Positions 19,935-29,533 of a DNA stretch of 64,000 nt are shown here, one piece after another (within the stretch, counting starts at the first letter, position 1; each line of letters starts with the position of its first letter). The stretch comes from Spirochaetia bacterium (lineage in GTDB: Bacteria > Spirochaetota > Spirochaetia > SZUA-6 > Bin103). Made by a program: the position numbers and the translations under genes. The stretch covers positions 960,001 through 1,024,000 of the forward strand of contig CBDBDQ010000005.1 of assembly GCA_965203905.1 (NCBI GenBank). Direction: 5' to 3'. The notes under the pieces were generated by a model, which had not been told where the DNA came from, ran no database searches, and saw only the letters and a program-made list of their open reading frames with translations.

Positions 19935-21215
19935 ATGAGTGGGGTCAGACGGCGGCCGCGGTCGGAACGCCTTTACGCGCGGGCGCAGAAGCTGTTGCCG
20001 GGAGGCGTCAACAGCCCGGTACGCGCGTTCGGGGCGGTGGGCGGCACGCCGGTGTTCTTCGCCGAGGCCGCCGGCAGCCGGGTGCGGGACGCGGACGGTC
20101 ACGACTACGTCGACTTCTGCCAGTCGTGGGGACCGTTGATCCTCGGCCATGCCCACCCGGAAGTAGTGGCCGCGGTCCAGCACGCCGCGGCGCGCGGACT
20201 CTCCTTCGGGGCCTGCCACGCGGCCGAGGCGGAGCTGGCGGAGCTGATTCTGGCAGGCTATCCCGGCGCCGAGCGCGTGCGCCTGGTGAGCTCCGGCACC
20301 GAGGCGGTGATGACCGCGCTGCGCATCGCCCGCGGCGCCACCGGCAGGCCGCTGATCCTCAAGTTCGAGGGCGGCTACCACGGACATCACGACAGCCTGC
20401 TGGTGCAGGCGGGATCGGGGCTGGCCACCACCGGGCTGGCCAGCTCCGCGGGCGTCCCGGAGACGCTGGCGGCGGCCACGGTGGTGGCTCGTCTGGATGA
20501 CGAGGAATCGGTAGACGCCGCCTTCGCCGCCCACGGCAGCGACATCGCCGCGACCATCCTGGAGCCGGTTCCGGCCAACAACGGACTGCTGCCGCAGCGC
20601 CCGCGGTTCCTCGACCACGTCGCCGCCGCCACCCGCAACGCGGGAGCGCTGCTCATTGCCGACGAGGTGATCACCGGATTCCGGCTGCGCTATGGCGCCT
20701 CGGACGCCGCCGAGCGGCTGCAGCCCGACCTGGTCACGCTGGGCAAGATCATCGGCGGCGGGATGCCGATCGGCGCCGTGGCCGGCAGCGCACGCCTGCT
20801 GGAGCTGCTGGCGCCGGCCGGTCCGGTGTATCAGGCCGGGACCCTGAGCGGCAACCCGCTGTCGGTGGCGGCCGGTTGCGCCACCCTGCGGGCGCTGGCC
20901 GATCGGCAGCGCTACGCCGCCCTGGAGGAACTGGGCGCCGGCCTGGAGCGGTCGCTCGCCACGGCGGCCACGCCCGGCCTGCAGCTCGTCCGCCGCGGCT
21001 CGATGCTGTGGCCCTACTTCGGGTCAGGGCAGCCGCGCGCGGCGCACCAGATCGCGCAACCGGCAATCGACCGCTTCAACCGCGCCTACGCCGGCTTCCT
21101 GGAGCGCGGGCTCTACCTGCCGCCCTCCGGCTACGAGGTGGGGTTTCTGGCGACTGCGCACACCGCCGCCGAGTGCCGCGCGCTGGCGCAAGCCCTGGTC
21201 GCCGCCGCCGGGTAG
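19935..21215 (+). CDS. hemL: Glutamate-1-semialdehyde 2,1-aminomutase
   Basis: PGGVNSPVRAF, SSGTEAVM, FEGGYHGH, DEVITGFR, LGKIIGGG, YQAGTLSGNP. Alternative GTG start at 19905. Confidence 0.95.
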   Translation: MSGVRRRPRSERLYARAQKLLPGGVNSPVRAFGAVGGTPVFFAEAAGSRVRDADGHDYVDFCQSWGPLILGHAHPEVVAAVQHAAARGLSFGACHAAEAELAELILAGYPGAERVRLVSSGTEAVMTALRIARGATGRPLILKFEGGYHGHHDSLLVQAGSGLATTGLASSAGVPETLAAATVVARLDDEESVDAAFAAHGSDIAATILEPVPANNGLLPQRPRFLDHVAAATRNAGALLIADEVITGFRLRYGASDAAERLQPDLVTLGKIIGGGMPIGAVAGSARLLELLAPAGPVYQAGTLSGNPLSVAAGCATLRALADRQRYAALEELGAGLERSLATAATPGLQLVRRGSMLWPYFGSGQPRAAHQIAQPAIDRFNRAYAGFLERGLYLPPSGYEVGFLATAHTAAECRALAQALVAAAG

Positions 21216-21229
21216 GGCGCGTCGTGCGG

Positions 21230-21727
21230 TCAGGGGGAGCCCAGCTCGGCGCCGGAGATGCCGACCTGAACGATCCGCGGCTGGTCGACCCCGGCGACCC
21301 CGACGTACTTGAAGATTGCGGCGTCGAGCTCGCGCGGTTGCGCCTCCTGCACGACGACACTCTCCATACCGTCGAGGAGGACGGCGAACGGTGCCGCCTG
21401 GGTGCCGGCCTGGGGGTCGGTCGGGAACGCGAAGTCGGCGCCCGGTAAATTGCTGAAGGCGATTTGCCCGTTCTCGTCACTGATCCAGAATTCGGAGATG
21501 ATCGACTGTTCCGCCACCTTGGCCAGTGCGGCATTGATCTCTTCCGTGGCCATTCCGGCCTTGCGTGCCGCGTCGATGAAGTAGGCCGTCAGCAGCGCCT
21601 GCGCGATCATGTGCTGTGAGGAAATGGTGTCGGCGGACGGACCTCCGTCGGCCACGGCTATCCCGCCCAGCAACAGGCAGCAGCCGACCCATGCGGCGGT
21701 CAGGACTCTCTTCATAACGGTCGGCAT
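21230..21727 (-). CDS. Exported small protein resembling a stand-alone Cache/PAS-like sensor domain
   Basis: Signal peptide (probable start 21715, MKRVL); EFWISDENG...FKYVGVAG...IVQVG pattern. Confidence 0.6.
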   Translation of the reverse strand: MPTVMKRVLTAAWVGCCLLLGGIAVADGGPSADTISSQHMIAQALLTAYFIDAARKAGMATEEINAALAKVAEQSIISEFWISDENGQIAFSNLPGADFAFPTDPQAGTQAAPFAVLLDGMESVVVQEAQPRELDAAIFKYVGVAGVDQPRIVQVGISGAELGSP

Positions 21728-21734
21728 TGTGGGT

Positions 21735-21749
21735 GGGCAACGGTTGCCC
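21735..21749. promoter_or_regulatory. Palindromic operator GGGCAAC-N-GTTGCCC inside a TTGACA-N18-CACAAT promoter
   Basis: Perfect 7-bp arms lying between the -35 and -10 elements of the 21230-21727 gene. Confidence 0.5.
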
Positions 21750-21788
21750 TGTCAATTCGACGACCGGGCCCGGTACCCGCCGGGGACT

Positions 21789-22610
21789 CTAGGGCGCAGC
21801 GACCTGGGCCGCCGTTGTCGCGGCCGCTTCGAGTGCGGGCTGTGCCAGGAACACCGTGCGCTGCTCAGGATCGTTGAGCAGGGTGTCGAGCGGCAGGCCG
21901 CCGTTGCCCACGATCACCTCGATGCCACGGGTCGTCATCCGTTCCGCGGCGACCACCTTCGAATACATCCCGCCCAGTCCGACGGCCGACGGCGTGCCCC
22001 AGGCCAGCGCCTTGGTCTCCGCGGTCACCGCCGTCACGGTGCGTACCAGGGTCTCGTCCGAGGCACCGTCGGAACCCGCCCGGCGGTACATCAGTCCGGC
22101 CACGTCCGTAAGCAGCAATGCCTGGTCGACGTGCAGGCGCTCGGCCACCAGGGCGGCCAGAATGTCGTTGTCGGTGAAGTGGCCGCGGTGCTCCAGCTCC
22201 TCCTTGTTCACCATGTCGTTCTCGTTGATGATGGGTACGATCCCGCGCTGCAGATAGGCCAGCAGCAGCTCGGTCACGGTGCGCTCCTCGCGGGGAGTGG
22301 CGAAGCTGTAGTGGGTCAGCAGCAGCTGCGCGGTCTGCCGCCCGTAGTAGCCGAGGTAGTCGCGGTAGTACTTCATCAGCCGCGTCTGCCCGATTCCGGC
22401 CAGGATCTGCAGCTCCAGGGTCTCGCTCGGCCGTTGCGTCAATCCGACCACCTCCATCCCGGCCGCCACCGCACCCGAGCTCACCAGCACGATACGGTCG
22501 CCGGCAGCCATCAGGGCCGCGACTTCGGCGCACTTGGTCACCAGGAAGACGTGATCCAGGCGACCCGAGGGTCCGATCAGGCTGCTGCCGATCTTGATCA
22601 GGCGCGTCAT
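21789..22610 (-). CDS. proB: Glutamate 5-kinase, lacking the PUA domain
   Basis: LIKIGSS, VSSGAVAAG, PIINEND, DNDILAALVA, GLGGMYSKV. Confidence 0.93.
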   Translation of the reverse strand: MTRLIKIGSSLIGPSGRLDHVFLVTKCAEVAALMAAGDRIVLVSSGAVAAGMEVVGLTQRPSETLELQILAGIGQTRLMKYYRDYLGYYGRQTAQLLLTHYSFATPREERTVTELLLAYLQRGIVPIINENDMVNKEELEHRGHFTDNDILAALVAERLHVDQALLLTDVAGLMYRRAGSDGASDETLVRTVTAVTAETKALAWGTPSAVGLGGMYSKVVAAERMTTRGIEVIVGNGGLPLDTLLNDPEQRTVFLAQPALEAAATTAAQVAAP

Positions 22611-23908
22611 GGGGCGAGCTCCTCGAAGTGGAACCTGCGGGCGCCGCCCTCGTAGTCGGCCACCACCTGGCCGCTGCCGCGCACCTGGTACTTGTAGGTG
22701 ACCAGACCGTCGAGGCCCACCGGACCGCGCGCATGAATGCGGTTGGTGGAGATGCCGACCTCGGCCCCCATGCCGAAACGAAAGCCGTCGGCAAAGCGCG
22801 TGGAGGCGTTCCACAGCACGGTAGCGGAATCGACCCGGGCCAGGAAATCGTCGGCGGCCACGGGGTCGGCGGTGACGATGGTGTCGGTGTGATGGCTGCC
22901 ATGGGCGTTGATGAACTCGATCGCCTGGTCGCGGCTCTCCACCACCTTGATCGCCAGCACCAGGTCCAGGTACTCGGTGTCCCAGTCCGCGGCGCTGCAC
23001 GGCGCGGCGTCCACCAGCGCGCAGGTGGCGGCGTCGCCGCGCAACTCCACTCCCGCGGCGCGCAACTCCGCCGCCGCGGCCGGCAGGAAGCGCTCGGCGA
23101 CGGCGGAGTGCACCAGCAGCGTCTCGACGGCGTTGCACACTGCCGGGTACTGGGTCTTGGCATCGCGGGTGATGCGCGTCGCCATCGGCAGATCGGCGGC
23201 GGCGTCCACGTAGACGTGACAGATCCCGTCGGCGTGGCCCAGCACCGGAATGCGGGTGGCGTCCTTGATGCTCCGCACCAGCTCGTTGCTGCCGCGCGGG
23301 ATGATCAGGTCCACCAGCTCGTCCAACTCCAGCAGGGACTGGATCTCCGCCCGCGTCGCCGCCAGGTGCAGCGCGCCCGCCAGCGCCGTATCGGCGCGCA
23401 GCGCATCGTCGATGGCCGCGAACAGCGCCGCGTTGGTGCGACTCGCCTCCGAGCCGCCCTTGAGGATGGCCGCGTTGCCCGCCTTCAGGCACAGCGTGGC
23501 GATCTGCACCAGCGCGTCGGGCCGTGACTCGAACACCACTCCCAGCACCCCGATCGGCACCGCGATGCGGGTCAGCACGAAGTCGTCGTCCAGCCGCCGC
23601 CGCCACTGCACCGCGCCCACCGGATCGGGCAGCGCGACCAGTTGCCGCACCCCTTCCACCACGCCGGCGAACTTCTTCTCCAGTCCGAGGCGCTGGATCA
23701 GCGGCGGCGCCACGCCGGCGACGGCAGCGTGCTCCAGGTCGGCGCGGTTGGCCGCCAGGATGAGATCGCGCTGCGCTTCCAGGTTGGCGGCGATGCGTCC
23801 CAACGCGGCGTTCTTGGCTGCGGTCGAGGCGGTGGCCAGGCGGTGGCTGGCGGCGCGGGCGGCCTGGGCCGTTTCCCGTACCGCGGCCGTGGAAGAATCA
23901 GCTGCCAT
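22607..23908 (-). CDS. proA: Gamma-glutamyl phosphate reductase
   Basis: VPIGVLGVVFESRP, ILKGGSEA, CNAVETLLVH, NASTRFADG, HARGPVGL. Confidence 0.96.
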   Translation of the reverse strand: MAADSSTAAVRETAQAARAASHRLATASTAAKNAALGRIAANLEAQRDLILAANRADLEHAAVAGVAPPLIQRLGLEKKFAGVVEGVRQLVALPDPVGAVQWRRRLDDDFVLTRIAVPIGVLGVVFESRPDALVQIATLCLKAGNAAILKGGSEASRTNAALFAAIDDALRADTALAGALHLAATRAEIQSLLELDELVDLIIPRGSNELVRSIKDATRIPVLGHADGICHVYVDAAADLPMATRITRDAKTQYPAVCNAVETLLVHSAVAERFLPAAAAELRAAGVELRGDAATCALVDAAPCSAADWDTEYLDLVLAIKVVESRDQAIEFINAHGSHHTDTIVTADPVAADDFLARVDSATVLWNASTRFADGFRFGMGAEVGISTNRIHARGPVGLDGLVTYKYQVRGSGQVVADYEGGARRFHFEELAP

Positions 23909-23911
23909 GCG

Positions 23912-24703
23912 TCAAGCCCTCCCCAACTCACGGCTGCGGTTGGTGGCGGCTGCCACCGTGCGCTCCAGGGCCCCGCGCACGGCCCCCGCCTCCAGTTCGC
24001 GGCGGCCGGCCACGGTGGTGCCGCCCGGGGAGCTCACCATCTGCACCAGGTCGTCCGGCGCCATGGCGCGCCGCTGCATCAGCAGAGCGGTGCCGAGCGC
24101 GGTCTGCACCGTTAGTGCCGCGGCCACCCGCGGCTGCAGCCCCTGCTGCACGCCGGCGGCGCTGAGCCACTCGATGCAGCGCGCGAAATAGGCGGGACCC
24201 GAGCCGCTCAGGCCGGTCACGGCATCGAGCTGCTCCTCCGGGACCTCGTGTGCCTCTCCCGCCGCCGCCAGCAGGCGTGCCACCAGCTCGCGATCGCCGG
24301 CGCCCGTGCCGGGTCCCATGGCGAACCCGGCCGCCATCGCACCCACCAGGCAGGGCGTGTTGGGCATCACCCGGACCAGCCGGGCGCGCGGCATGAGGGT
24401 CGCCAGCCGTGCCAGCGACACGCCGGCGAGAATCGAGATGATCAGCCCGTCGCTGTCGTGCAGGCCGGCGGTGGCGGCGGCCACGTCCTGCGGCTTGACC
24501 GCCAGGAAGCAGGCGTCGGCGCCGCGGCACGCCGCGGCGCCATCGGCCGCGACCGTCACGCCCTGCAACTCGCGACAGAACAGCGCGCAGCGCTCATCCA
24601 GCTTGTCATGCACGGCGATCCGTCCCGCCAAGCCAGCGCCCTGCAGGCAGCCGGCCAGCGCGAATCCCATGTTGCCGGCCCCTATGAAGCCAATCGTGCT
24701 CAC
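23912..24703 (-). CDS. proC: Pyrroline-5-carboxylate reductase
   Basis: IGFIGAGNMG, AVKPQ, RVMPNTP, SGSGPAY, VSSPGGTT. Confidence 0.96.
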   Translation of the reverse strand: MSTIGFIGAGNMGFALAGCLQGAGLAGRIAVHDKLDERCALFCRELQGVTVAADGAAACRGADACFLAVKPQDVAAATAGLHDSDGLIISILAGVSLARLATLMPRARLVRVMPNTPCLVGAMAAGFAMGPGTGAGDRELVARLLAAAGEAHEVPEEQLDAVTGLSGSGPAYFARCIEWLSAAGVQQGLQPRVAAALTVQTALGTALLMQRRAMAPDDLVQMVSSPGGTTVAGRRELEAGAVRGALERTVAAATNRSRELGRA

Positions 24704-25350
24704 GGTCGAGGGACCATAGCAGGCCGCCCGGCGCAAAGCAACGGCCTGCCCCGGCGCGTAACCGGTACCGCGGTGCGGTTGCCATTGGCCGCTGGTGAAA
24801 CACGCCCTGGACACCGGCGACCACCACGCCGCCGCGCATACTGCGAAGAGGGTCCACCATCCTCGCAGTGCTTTGCTGCACGCACCGCGGTTTCGATGCT
24901 CGTCAGATTACAGTCGTGCCTCGCATGTAGTATTGATGGATGTCACTGATGACAAAGGACGCTCCCCAAGTGTATCACGAAGGTCGAATGACAACCGTGT
25001 CGCGCGCAGGCTACGGCGGATCAAGCGGCCGCACACGCAGTGAGCGCGTGCCCGAACAGCCCCTACACCGCCCGCCGCTCGGGCAGCCGCGGCGCCAGGT
25101 ACCGGTATCCCCAGCACAGCAGGCCCGTAGCGCCACTTCCGCCATCCCCGAACCCGCGCTTGAACCGGTCGGTTCTTGCGCCTTTCGCCACCAAGCCGCG
25201 CGAGAGTTGCAGGAGGAGATCAGCCGCCCGCACCGCGCGGAGGCCACGCAAGAGTGTCATTCATGTCGTACGCGAGCCGCTCCAGCTATCGAGTGGACTG
25301 CAACCGGTGTCCAGGCGTACCCGGCCGGGCCCAGTCACAATTCATGAATT

Positions 25351-25446
25351 GACACTCAAGATCCCTCGAATGTCATTCACGAAACAAGTATTCGGCGGTT
25401 CGAGTGACCCCCGGTGACGTTCATGGCAGTAACCTGCGACATTCAC
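25351..25446. repeat. Five imperfect 9-bp direct repeats at 21-23 bp period (LytTR-type operator array)
   Basis: gacactcaa (25351), gtcattcac (25372), gcggttcga (25395), gacgttcat (25416), gacattcac (25438); a LytTR gene lies downstream. Confidence 0.5.
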
Positions 25447-25705
25447 TTCGAGACAACTTCCGCCACGAAATGCGGCGCACACTCCCTTCAAAAGTCTTCT
25501 TCTTTTCGGCACCGCGAGCGGACAATGGCAACCAGGAAGACTGCAACTCTTTTTCTGACTTCGGGACCTCTCCGCAAGTCGGGATGAACGGCTCGTCCAA
25601 GGGGTACAACCGATGCGCCGTGGATACCGTTCGATCTCGTTCCACGCTGGCCCGGGGGCAGCCTGGTGACCGGCGATCCACCTTATGGCATCAGGAGATA
25701 AGGAA

Positions 25706-25765
25706 ATGGTCCGTAGCCCGCTACGCATGGCATCAGACACACTCGTAGCTACTCCGATCACCTGA
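25706..25765 (+). CDS. Candidate 19-aa micro-ORF MVRSPLRMASDTLVATPIT
   Basis: Preceded by AGGAG and AAGGA SD-like motifs; no other support. Confidence 0.25.
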   Translation: MVRSPLRMASDTLVATPIT

Positions 25766-26084
25766 CACCAAGCGCCGACAATTGCATCACTCGAGAGCAC
25801 ATTGATCACTTGAGACTGACCATGTTCATTGACGTTGCAGCAAGTTGAGAGGTCCGGATGACACCGGTGTCGTCCCCAGTAGCACCTGTGAAACCGACGT
25901 TATCGGCGCCCGGCCACGATCCGCTCGAGGTGGCTCGGAGGGGGCGCCGTGTTGCATGTTGCGACGACGCCCAGTATAATCTGGTTCCAATACGGATCGC
26001 AGTTTCAGGTGGGAAACCAAAGAGATCTGGTACCAGCACCCAGGACCAAGTTACGGCTGGAATCGCTTGGCGGCGCAGAAACAC

Positions 26085-27104
26085 ATGGATAACGAGTCTC
26101 ACTCGGCATCGCAATCGGGTGTCCGGACGCGCGCTCCCCGAGGCATGCAGACGGCGTATCTGGAGATGCTCAGCCCAGGGATGATCCGGATCTCCCTCAC
26201 GATGGTGGTCGTGGGCACGGCCACCTTCAGCATCGTCGGCCCGATAGGTACCTACATCACGATCAGCGCCCCGGACCGCGTGGTGCTGTGTACCGTCGCC
26301 GCTGTCTTCAGTTGGCCTATCTGCTACTCGCTGAGCGTGGTAACCGCCTACTGCGCACGCTTCCGCTCGCCGCGCCAGGCCGGGTTGGCAATCGCGCTGG
26401 TCCTGGCCGTCGCGGCCCTGCCCTGTACCGCCATCCTGTATACGGTCCTGGCGCTGTTCTACCCCCACTACCATGCCCCGATCGGCTTCCTGGCAATCTA
26501 CCTGATGACGGCCATTGCCGTGGTGGTGTGCCACTCATTCTTCCATTACGTGCTCTGCCAACGCATCAAGCAGGCCTCCCCGGAACCGGCGCGGGCGCTC
26601 AGCGGCGAACCTGAACCTGGAGCCGCCGACAGCGACGGGACCGAGCCGGCGCTGCAGCCTCCCGGCCAGCCCGCGGACGGGCCACCGGCGGACACAGCGA
26701 CCCCTGATACCACTCCAGCCACCACCCCGCCACCAGTTGTGCCGCCCGCCACCGGCACCGACGCCGCGCCCGGCGACCCTGAATCGCGCACACCGCGCTT
26801 CGATCACCCGCTCGGCGAATCCGCCGCCGACGTGATCTTCGTCAAGACCGAGGGCCGCTACGTGCAGGTTCACACCACCACCGGCAGCAGCCGCGTGATA
26901 GCGCGCTTCGCGGATGTCGTGGCACAGTTCGGAGATCGCGGGATGCAGGTGCACCGGTCGTACTGGGTCTCCCATCATCACGCCAGGGAACTGGTGAAGC
27001 GGGACACCCATACCCTGGTGCGCCTCAGCAACGGCCGCGAGCTACCGGTGAGCCGCACCTACCTCGCCGCGGTGCGCGCCGTCATGGGTTCCCGCAGCAC
27101 CTGA
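26085..27104 (+). CDS. Membrane-anchored LytTR-family transcriptional regulator
   Basis: Four TM helices, Pro/Thr-rich linker, LytTR domain (VKTEGRYVQVHT...GMQVHRSYWV...LPVSRTY). Confidence 0.9.
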   Translation: MDNESHSASQSGVRTRAPRGMQTAYLEMLSPGMIRISLTMVVVGTATFSIVGPIGTYITISAPDRVVLCTVAAVFSWPICYSLSVVTAYCARFRSPRQAGLAIALVLAVAALPCTAILYTVLALFYPHYHAPIGFLAIYLMTAIAVVVCHSFFHYVLCQRIKQASPEPARALSGEPEPGAADSDGTEPALQPPGQPADGPPADTATPDTTPATTPPPVVPPATGTDAAPGDPESRTPRFDHPLGESAADVIFVKTEGRYVQVHTTTGSSRVIARFADVVAQFGDRGMQVHRSYWVSHHHARELVKRDTHTLVRLSNGRELPVSRTYLAAVRAVMGSRST

Positions 27105-27124
27105 GGTACACGGCATCCCGGAAG

Positions 27125-28459
27125 CTATAGCTGCGCCACCAGGACGCGCGAGTTGCGGCTGCGGTCGTAGCCGCCCCGGCGGCCGGCCGGCAGCGTGTCC
27201 GGAGACGCCTCGGTGAACCCCTGCTCCATGAAGAAGTCCGCCGACTGGGTGGTCAATACCAGCACCCGGAGCGCGCTTCGCACCCGCGCCTGCTGCAGCA
27301 GATAATTCACCATGCGCGCGCCGGTGCCGCCGCCGCGGTAGCTCTCGCTTACCACCAGGCTCTCGATCTCGGCGCTGCGATCATCGAGCAGGCGCAGCGC
27401 GGCGCAGCCCTGCACGGTGTCATCGACCCGGTACACGTAGTATTGGTCCAGCCGCTCCGCGACGTCGGTCGCGGACCTCGGCACTAGCAGTCCGGCATCG
27501 ATCTGCGGCTGTATCAGACGCATGATCTCCGCTACGTCGGCCGCGCGTGCCGCTTCGATGTCGATGTATTGATCGGCGTAGAACATGGTGCCGACGCCGG
27601 CGGCGGAAAAGATCTCGTCGATCAGAATGCCGTCGCGCCGCCCATCCACCACGTGCACCCGGTCCACGCCTCCGGCACAGGCGCTGACCGCGGCGCGGAT
27701 CAAGGCGCGGCCGTCGGCTTCGAGTCGCTCCCCGCAACGCTCCAGCAGACGCTCGGCGGCACGGTAGTCCACGCTGGAGTAGTACCCGTCGGGCCGCGTC
27801 GCCAGTTCGACTCCCGCGCATGGTACGGCGCCGACTCCCGCAGCGGTCCCCACCAGAAACACTTTGGCCGCCTGCAGCGCGCGCGCCACCGCCACCACCA
27901 GTTCGAGACTGGATATGTTGTACGCCTTGCCGACCGCGTTCCAGCCGATGTTGGAGATGATCGGGACGGCGCCCGTGTCCAGCAGTGCGCGCAACAGATC
28001 CGCGTCGATGCGTTCCACCCTGCCGGTGCGTTGAAAGTCGATGCCGTCCACCACCCCGGCGGTGCGCGCCCGCACCCAGTTGCCCACCACGGCGCGCGCG
28101 CCGTTCTCGGTGAGCAGGGACAGCAGCTCGTTGACCACGGTGGCCGAACCCCGCATCACCGCGGCCATATCCGCTTCCCGGGTAATGCGTCGCTCGCCGA
28201 TGCCGGCCGGTGGTGCCGGCGTTTCAGGCAGGGCCGCGGCCGCGCTGCCCAGTGCCGCGTCGATGGCGTGGCGGGCGCCCGGCACCAGCACGGTTCGGAT
28301 TCCCATGCGCTGCAGGTGCACGATGTCCTTGATCAGCATCGGAAACAGTGGTGCGCCGAGCAGGTCGTCCTCGATCCGCAGGACGAACAGGCGCCCACGG
28401 TAATGGCTCAGGTAGGTGAGCACGTCACGGGTCGCGGCGACGGAGGCGGCGGCGGACAT
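27125..28459 (-). CDS. argA: Amino-acid N-acetyltransferase (N-acetylglutamate synthase, AAK + GNAT)
   Basis: YLSHYRGRLFV, GVVDGIDFQRTGRV, GVDRVHVVDG, EIFS..GVGTM, LTTQSADFF, RNSRVL. Confidence 0.92.
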   Translation of the reverse strand: MSAAASVAATRDVLTYLSHYRGRLFVLRIEDDLLGAPLFPMLIKDIVHLQRMGIRTVLVPGARHAIDAALGSAAAALPETPAPPAGIGERRITREADMAAVMRGSATVVNELLSLLTENGARAVVGNWVRARTAGVVDGIDFQRTGRVERIDADLLRALLDTGAVPIISNIGWNAVGKAYNISSLELVVAVARALQAAKVFLVGTAAGVGAVPCAGVELATRPDGYYSSVDYRAAERLLERCGERLEADGRALIRAAVSACAGGVDRVHVVDGRRDGILIDEIFSAAGVGTMFYADQYIDIEAARAADVAEIMRLIQPQIDAGLLVPRSATDVAERLDQYYVYRVDDTVQGCAALRLLDDRSAEIESLVVSESYRGGGTGARMVNYLLQQARVRSALRVLVLTTQSADFFMEQGFTEASPDTLPAGRRGGYDRSRNSRVLVAQL

Positions 28460-28589
28460 GGCGCCATTGTCACCGCGCTGCACGGCCCGCTCAAGGGGCC
28501 GCGCCCGGGGGCCAGGCGTCGACGCTGCCGCCGCTCCCGTGCTACCTGATGGGTGATGAACCGGGGCAAGACCGGAAGCGGTCCCTTGT

Positions 28590-29393
28590 ATGCGCTCGCG
28601 GAGGGATAGGTCCCTGGCATTCGGCGTGGCGGCCATCCTCCTCGTCGCGCTCGCTTTGGTGGCCGCGGCGTTCGGTCTGCAGCGGCCGCTGATGTACCCG
28701 CGGCCGCCGCGACCGGCGGTTGCGCCACCACTGCCGACCGGCGCCGAGCGGCACTGGCTCGGGCCGGCGAACGCCGTGGAGACCTGGCTGCTGCGGCCCA
28801 CCGCGGCGTCTGCTCCATTCCCGCTCATCATCTACACGCACGGCAACGGCGAGCTGATAGATCATTGGATCGAACCGTTCTCCGCCATCACCGCCGCGGG
28901 CATCGGCGTGCTGCTGGTCGAATACCCCGGCTACGGCCGCTCCGGGGGCAGGCCCAGCCGGCAGTCGATCGCGGCCACGATCATCGCCGCGTACGACTTC
29001 GCGCGTGACCATCCCGACGTCGACGCCGGTCGCATCGTGGCCTACGGGCGCTCGCTGGGCGGGGCCGCCGCCTGCGTGCTCGCCGCCCAACGGCCGCTTG
29101 CGGCGCTGGTGCTGGAGTCGACCTTCACCAGTACCGCGGACCTGATGCCCCGGTTCCTGCCGCGGGCATGGGTGCTGGACCCGTTCGACAGCCTCACCGT
29201 GGTGGCTGCCCGGGTCGCGCCGACTCTGGTGCTGCACGGCGTTCGGGACCGCATCATCCCGTATACGCACGGCGAGGCACTGGCCCGTGCCGCCGAAACC
29301 GCTCTGGTGAGCATGCCGTGCGGGCACAACGACTGTCCCCGCCCCTGGAGCGCGCTGCTTCGGTTCCTGCGCCAACAGGGGATCGTTTCGTAG
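28590..29393 (+). CDS. Alpha/beta hydrolase (ABHD13/BEM46-like)
   Basis: N-terminal TM, HGNGE, EYPGYGRSGG, GRSLGG nucleophile elbow, LHGVRD, GHND. Confidence 0.9.
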   Translation: MRSRRDRSLAFGVAAILLVALALVAAAFGLQRPLMYPRPPRPAVAPPLPTGAERHWLGPANAVETWLLRPTAASAPFPLIIYTHGNGELIDHWIEPFSAITAAGIGVLLVEYPGYGRSGGRPSRQSIAATIIAAYDFARDHPDVDAGRIVAYGRSLGGAAACVLAAQRPLAALVLESTFTSTADLMPRFLPRAWVLDPFDSLTVVAARVAPTLVLHGVRDRIIPYTHGEALARAAETALVSMPCGHNDCPRPWSALLRFLRQQGIVS

Positions 29394-29533
29394 CGGCCTC
29401 GGTTGCACATCCGCCACGCTGCCGGTAGATTCGGCCACCACGCGATATCGCGTCGTGTGTTCCATAATTCGCCAAACTATCTGGGAGTCGCTGTGAGCCA
29501 TCCCCAAGAGGCCGCGCATCGGGCGGCCACGGC

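Noticed and set aside
25385-25420. GGTTCGAGT resembling a tRNA T-loop
   Set aside because: No pairing T-stem, acceptor stem or cloverleaf could be drawn.
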